Of a DNA stretch of 64,000 nt, positions 62,164 to 64,000 are shown one piece after another (the stretch's first letter is position 1; the number at the start of each line of letters is the position of its first letter). A program made the translations under genes and the position numbers. The notes under the pieces were generated by a model, which searched no databases, had not been told where the DNA came from, and saw nothing but the letters and a program-made list of their open reading frames with translations. The stretch is taken from positions 2,080,001 to 2,144,000 of the forward strand of contig OX638340.1 in NCBI GenBank assembly GCA_951812955.1. Reading direction: 5' to 3'. The stretch comes from an uncultured Gemmatimonadota bacterium. Its GTDB lineage: Bacteria > JAAXHH01.

Positions 62164-63096
62164 ATGTCCGCTGACATCAAGCACCTGATCGACTGGAAGT
62201 ACTGGGACGACGGCGAGGTCGTGGAGATCCTCGACCTGGCTCGGCGCGTCAAGCACTACCGCTGGGAGTACCAGGGCCATATGCAGGGCAATACGCTGGT
62301 CATGATCTTCCAGAAGACTTCCACGCGTACACGGGTGTCCTTCGAAGCTGGCATGACCGAAATGGGCGGACACGCCATCAACCTGGACTGGATGGCGACC
62401 AATTTCACGCTGAGCAAGGTCCGCTTCGAGACCCGGTACCTGGGCCGCAACGCGGCGATCATCATGGCCAGGTTGAAGGACAACAGGGACCTGATGGAGA
62501 TGGAAAAGGCTTCCACGGTACCGGTCATCAACGGGTGCTGCAACCTGTACCACCCCTGCCAGGCGCTGGCGGACGTGCTGACCATCGCGGAAGACCGTCC
62601 CGAGGGCGTCAAAGGCGCGCGGCTGACTTACATTGGCGTGTACAACAACGTGGTAAACTCGCTGGTCTCCATCGCCGCGCCGCTGGGCGTGCACCTGACG
62701 CTGGTCTGTCCGATCCGGGAGCCGGCCAGTGTGGATGAGGAAAGCCGCCAGAAGCTATTGAAACGGGGATTGCTCACGGAGACGCTGGACGCCGAGGCGG
62801 CGGTCGGGGAGGCCGACTACGTCTACACGGACACCTGGCTCGACATGGAATTGTATAACGATCCCGCCTACGCGGCAGAGAAGGAGAAACGGAGCGGGAT
62901 CATGATGCCCTACCAGATCAACCGTACCCTGCTCGGCGACAGCCGCGCGAAGATCATGCACGACATGCCCATCCACCCCGGCTACGAGATCGCCGAGGAC
63001 ATGGTCGAGCACGAGCGATCGATCATCTACGACCAGGCGGAGCACCGGCTGGACGCCCAGAAGGCCATCATGCTGAGGCTTCGGAACCGGTTGTAG
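62164..63096 (+). CDS. Ornithine carbamoyltransferase family protein (OTC-like; exact substrate unassigned)
   Basis: STRTRVSFE carbamoyl-phosphate motif, and HPCQALAD; C-terminal ..MHDMPIHPG.. in place of the canonical HCLP region. 310 aa. Confidence 0.75.
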   Translation: MSADIKHLIDWKYWDDGEVVEILDLARRVKHYRWEYQGHMQGNTLVMIFQKTSTRTRVSFEAGMTEMGGHAINLDWMATNFTLSKVRFETRYLGRNAAIIMARLKDNRDLMEMEKASTVPVINGCCNLYHPCQALADVLTIAEDRPEGVKGARLTYIGVYNNVVNSLVSIAAPLGVHLTLVCPIREPASVDEESRQKLLKRGLLTETLDAEAAVGEADYVYTDTWLDMELYNDPAYAAEKEKRSGIMMPYQINRTLLGDSRAKIMHDMPIHPGYEIAEDMVEHERSIIYDQAEHRLDAQKAIMLRLRNRL

Positions 63097-63153
63097 CTAC
63101 TTGGTAGCTTTATCGCCAGCTCACCGGGCCTCGCCGCTACACCCATTCGGCGT

Positions 63154-64000
63154 TTAAATCCCAGGCATCGCCAACACCACCAGTTCAGCCCTTTCCGACG
63201 CCCCTCCGATCGGCACGGCGATGTACTGTTTTCCACCCGTCATGTAGGTCATGGGATTCCCCGTCGCGTTTCCCGGCAGCGGTATTTCCGCGACGAGCTC
63301 TCCGTTATCCGGATCGAAGGCCCTCAGGAACGCCTCGGCGCTCTCCGAATCGTAGGTCATGGCGTTGCCGCGGTCCGACACCTTCCGGTCCAGCACGATC
63401 CCCATCTGCGCGGCGAAAAGCAGCGACTCGGTCAGCAGCGGGAAGGTCCGGCGGTCCCATCCCAGGGGCGGCAGGTCCAGACCGTCGAGGGCGGGATGAT
63501 TGCGGGGGCCGCTTCCCACGGGGCTCATCCACACGTGCTCGCCCGTGTTCAGGTCTATGGCGGTAATACGTCCGTAGGGCGGCTTGATCACCGGCAGGCC
63601 GTCCATGATGGTGGGACCGTAGGCGAACCGGCCGGTGTACGTGTACGGCGCGTCCTCCTCTTCCGACTGATTCACCGTCATGATGGTCGGCAGGCTGTAG
63701 GAAGGCACGTACAGCATGCCCGTTTCCGGGTTCACGGCCGCGCCCGACCAGCTCGCACCGCCCACCAGCCCGGGCACGGCAATCATGCCTTTCTCGGTCG
63801 GCGGCGTGAAAAGCGGACCGTAGTCGTACTCGGCGATCGCGTCCATGGCCGCCTGTCGCAGCTCGGGCGTGAAATCGACGAGATCGTCTTCCGTCAGGCC
63901 CTGGCGCTCGAAGGCCGCCGGCTTCGTGGGAAAGGGCTGCGTGGCCGAGGCAGATTCGCCGGGCACCGTGGAAGGCGGCGTTTCCCGCTCCTCGATCGGC
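63154..64000 (-). CDS. PQQ-dependent (quinoprotein) dehydrogenase, C-terminal beta-propeller part; N-terminus lies beyond the window end
   Basis: ..GGASWSGAAVNPETGMLYVPSYS.. and ..YGRITAIDLNTGEHVWMSPVG.. resemble the glucose/sorbosone PQQ-dehydrogenase C-terminal blades. The frame stays open from 63966 to 64000, so the track's GTG start is internal. Confidence 0.6.
   Translation of the reverse strand, partial: PIEERETPPSTVPGESASATQPFPTKPAAFERQGLTEDDLVDFTPELRQAAMDAIAEYDYGPLFTPPTEKGMIAVPGLVGGASWSGAAVNPETGMLYVPSYSLPTIMTVNQSEEEDAPYTYTGRFAYGPTIMDGLPVIKPPYGRITAIDLNTGEHVWMSPVGSGPRNHPALDGLDLPPLGWDRRTFPLLTESLLFAAQMGIVLDRKVSDRGNAMTYDSESAEAFLRAFDPDNGELVAEIPLPGNATGNPMTYMTGGKQYIAVPIGGASERAELVVLAMPGI

Noticed and set aside
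62164-63096. Second copy of pyrB
   Set aside because: Shares the STRTR/HPxQ carbamoyltransferase motifs, but its length, C-terminal motifs and context fit the OTC branch rather than ATCase. It is not a duplicate.
63097-63153. Terminator hairpin between the convergent OTC-like and PQQ-dehydrogenase genes (gtagctac-ttg-gtagct)
   Set aside because: The stem is short and AT/GC-mixed, and the T-tract is weak (ttta); plausible but below my reporting threshold.

Overview
High-GC (~64%), densely coded bacterial chromosomal window with about 50 protein genes and no rRNA, tRNA, CRISPR, transposase or integrase that I can recognise. Housekeeping content: aceE (5' portion, runs off window start), the pyrR-pyrB-pyrC pyrimidine operon, a class-V aminotransferase, glyA, serA, pdxJ, dnaE, msrB, a polar amino-acid ABC importer (ATPase plus two permeases, no binding protein), an OTC-like carbamoyltransferase, a two-gene M16 peptidase pair and a partial PQQ-dependent dehydrogenase at the window end. 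Less ordinary content: a 1542-aa single polypeptide fusing an extracytoplasmic M28-type peptidase to an FtsX/MacB-like permease; a minus-strand cluster of a pentaheme c-type cytochrome, a monoheme cytochrome c fused to an outer-membrane beta-barrel domain, two paralogous beta-barrel OMPs and a 9x Big_2-repeat lipoprotein; a GH116-like glycosidase carrying a Cys/Asp-rich insertion; a GWxTD/TPR protein; and two small coiled-coil membrane proteins sitting in unusually AT-rich (~42-45% GC) islands. There are also many short tandem duplications that copy the 3' or 5' ends of genes, plus several intergenic tandem-repeat arrays. Frequent Shine-Dalgarno use and GWxTD/SPOR/TPR/Big_2 content suggest an uncultivated Gemmatimonadota-like or related lineage, but this is inference only. 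The ORF track uses ATG/GTG/TTG starts and omits ORFs that run off the window, and many long track ORFs are antisense shadows of real genes. Track coordinates are used throughout; my own base counting disagreed with them by 1 nt around 11.2 kb. All family assignments are by eye and memory of motifs; no searches were run.
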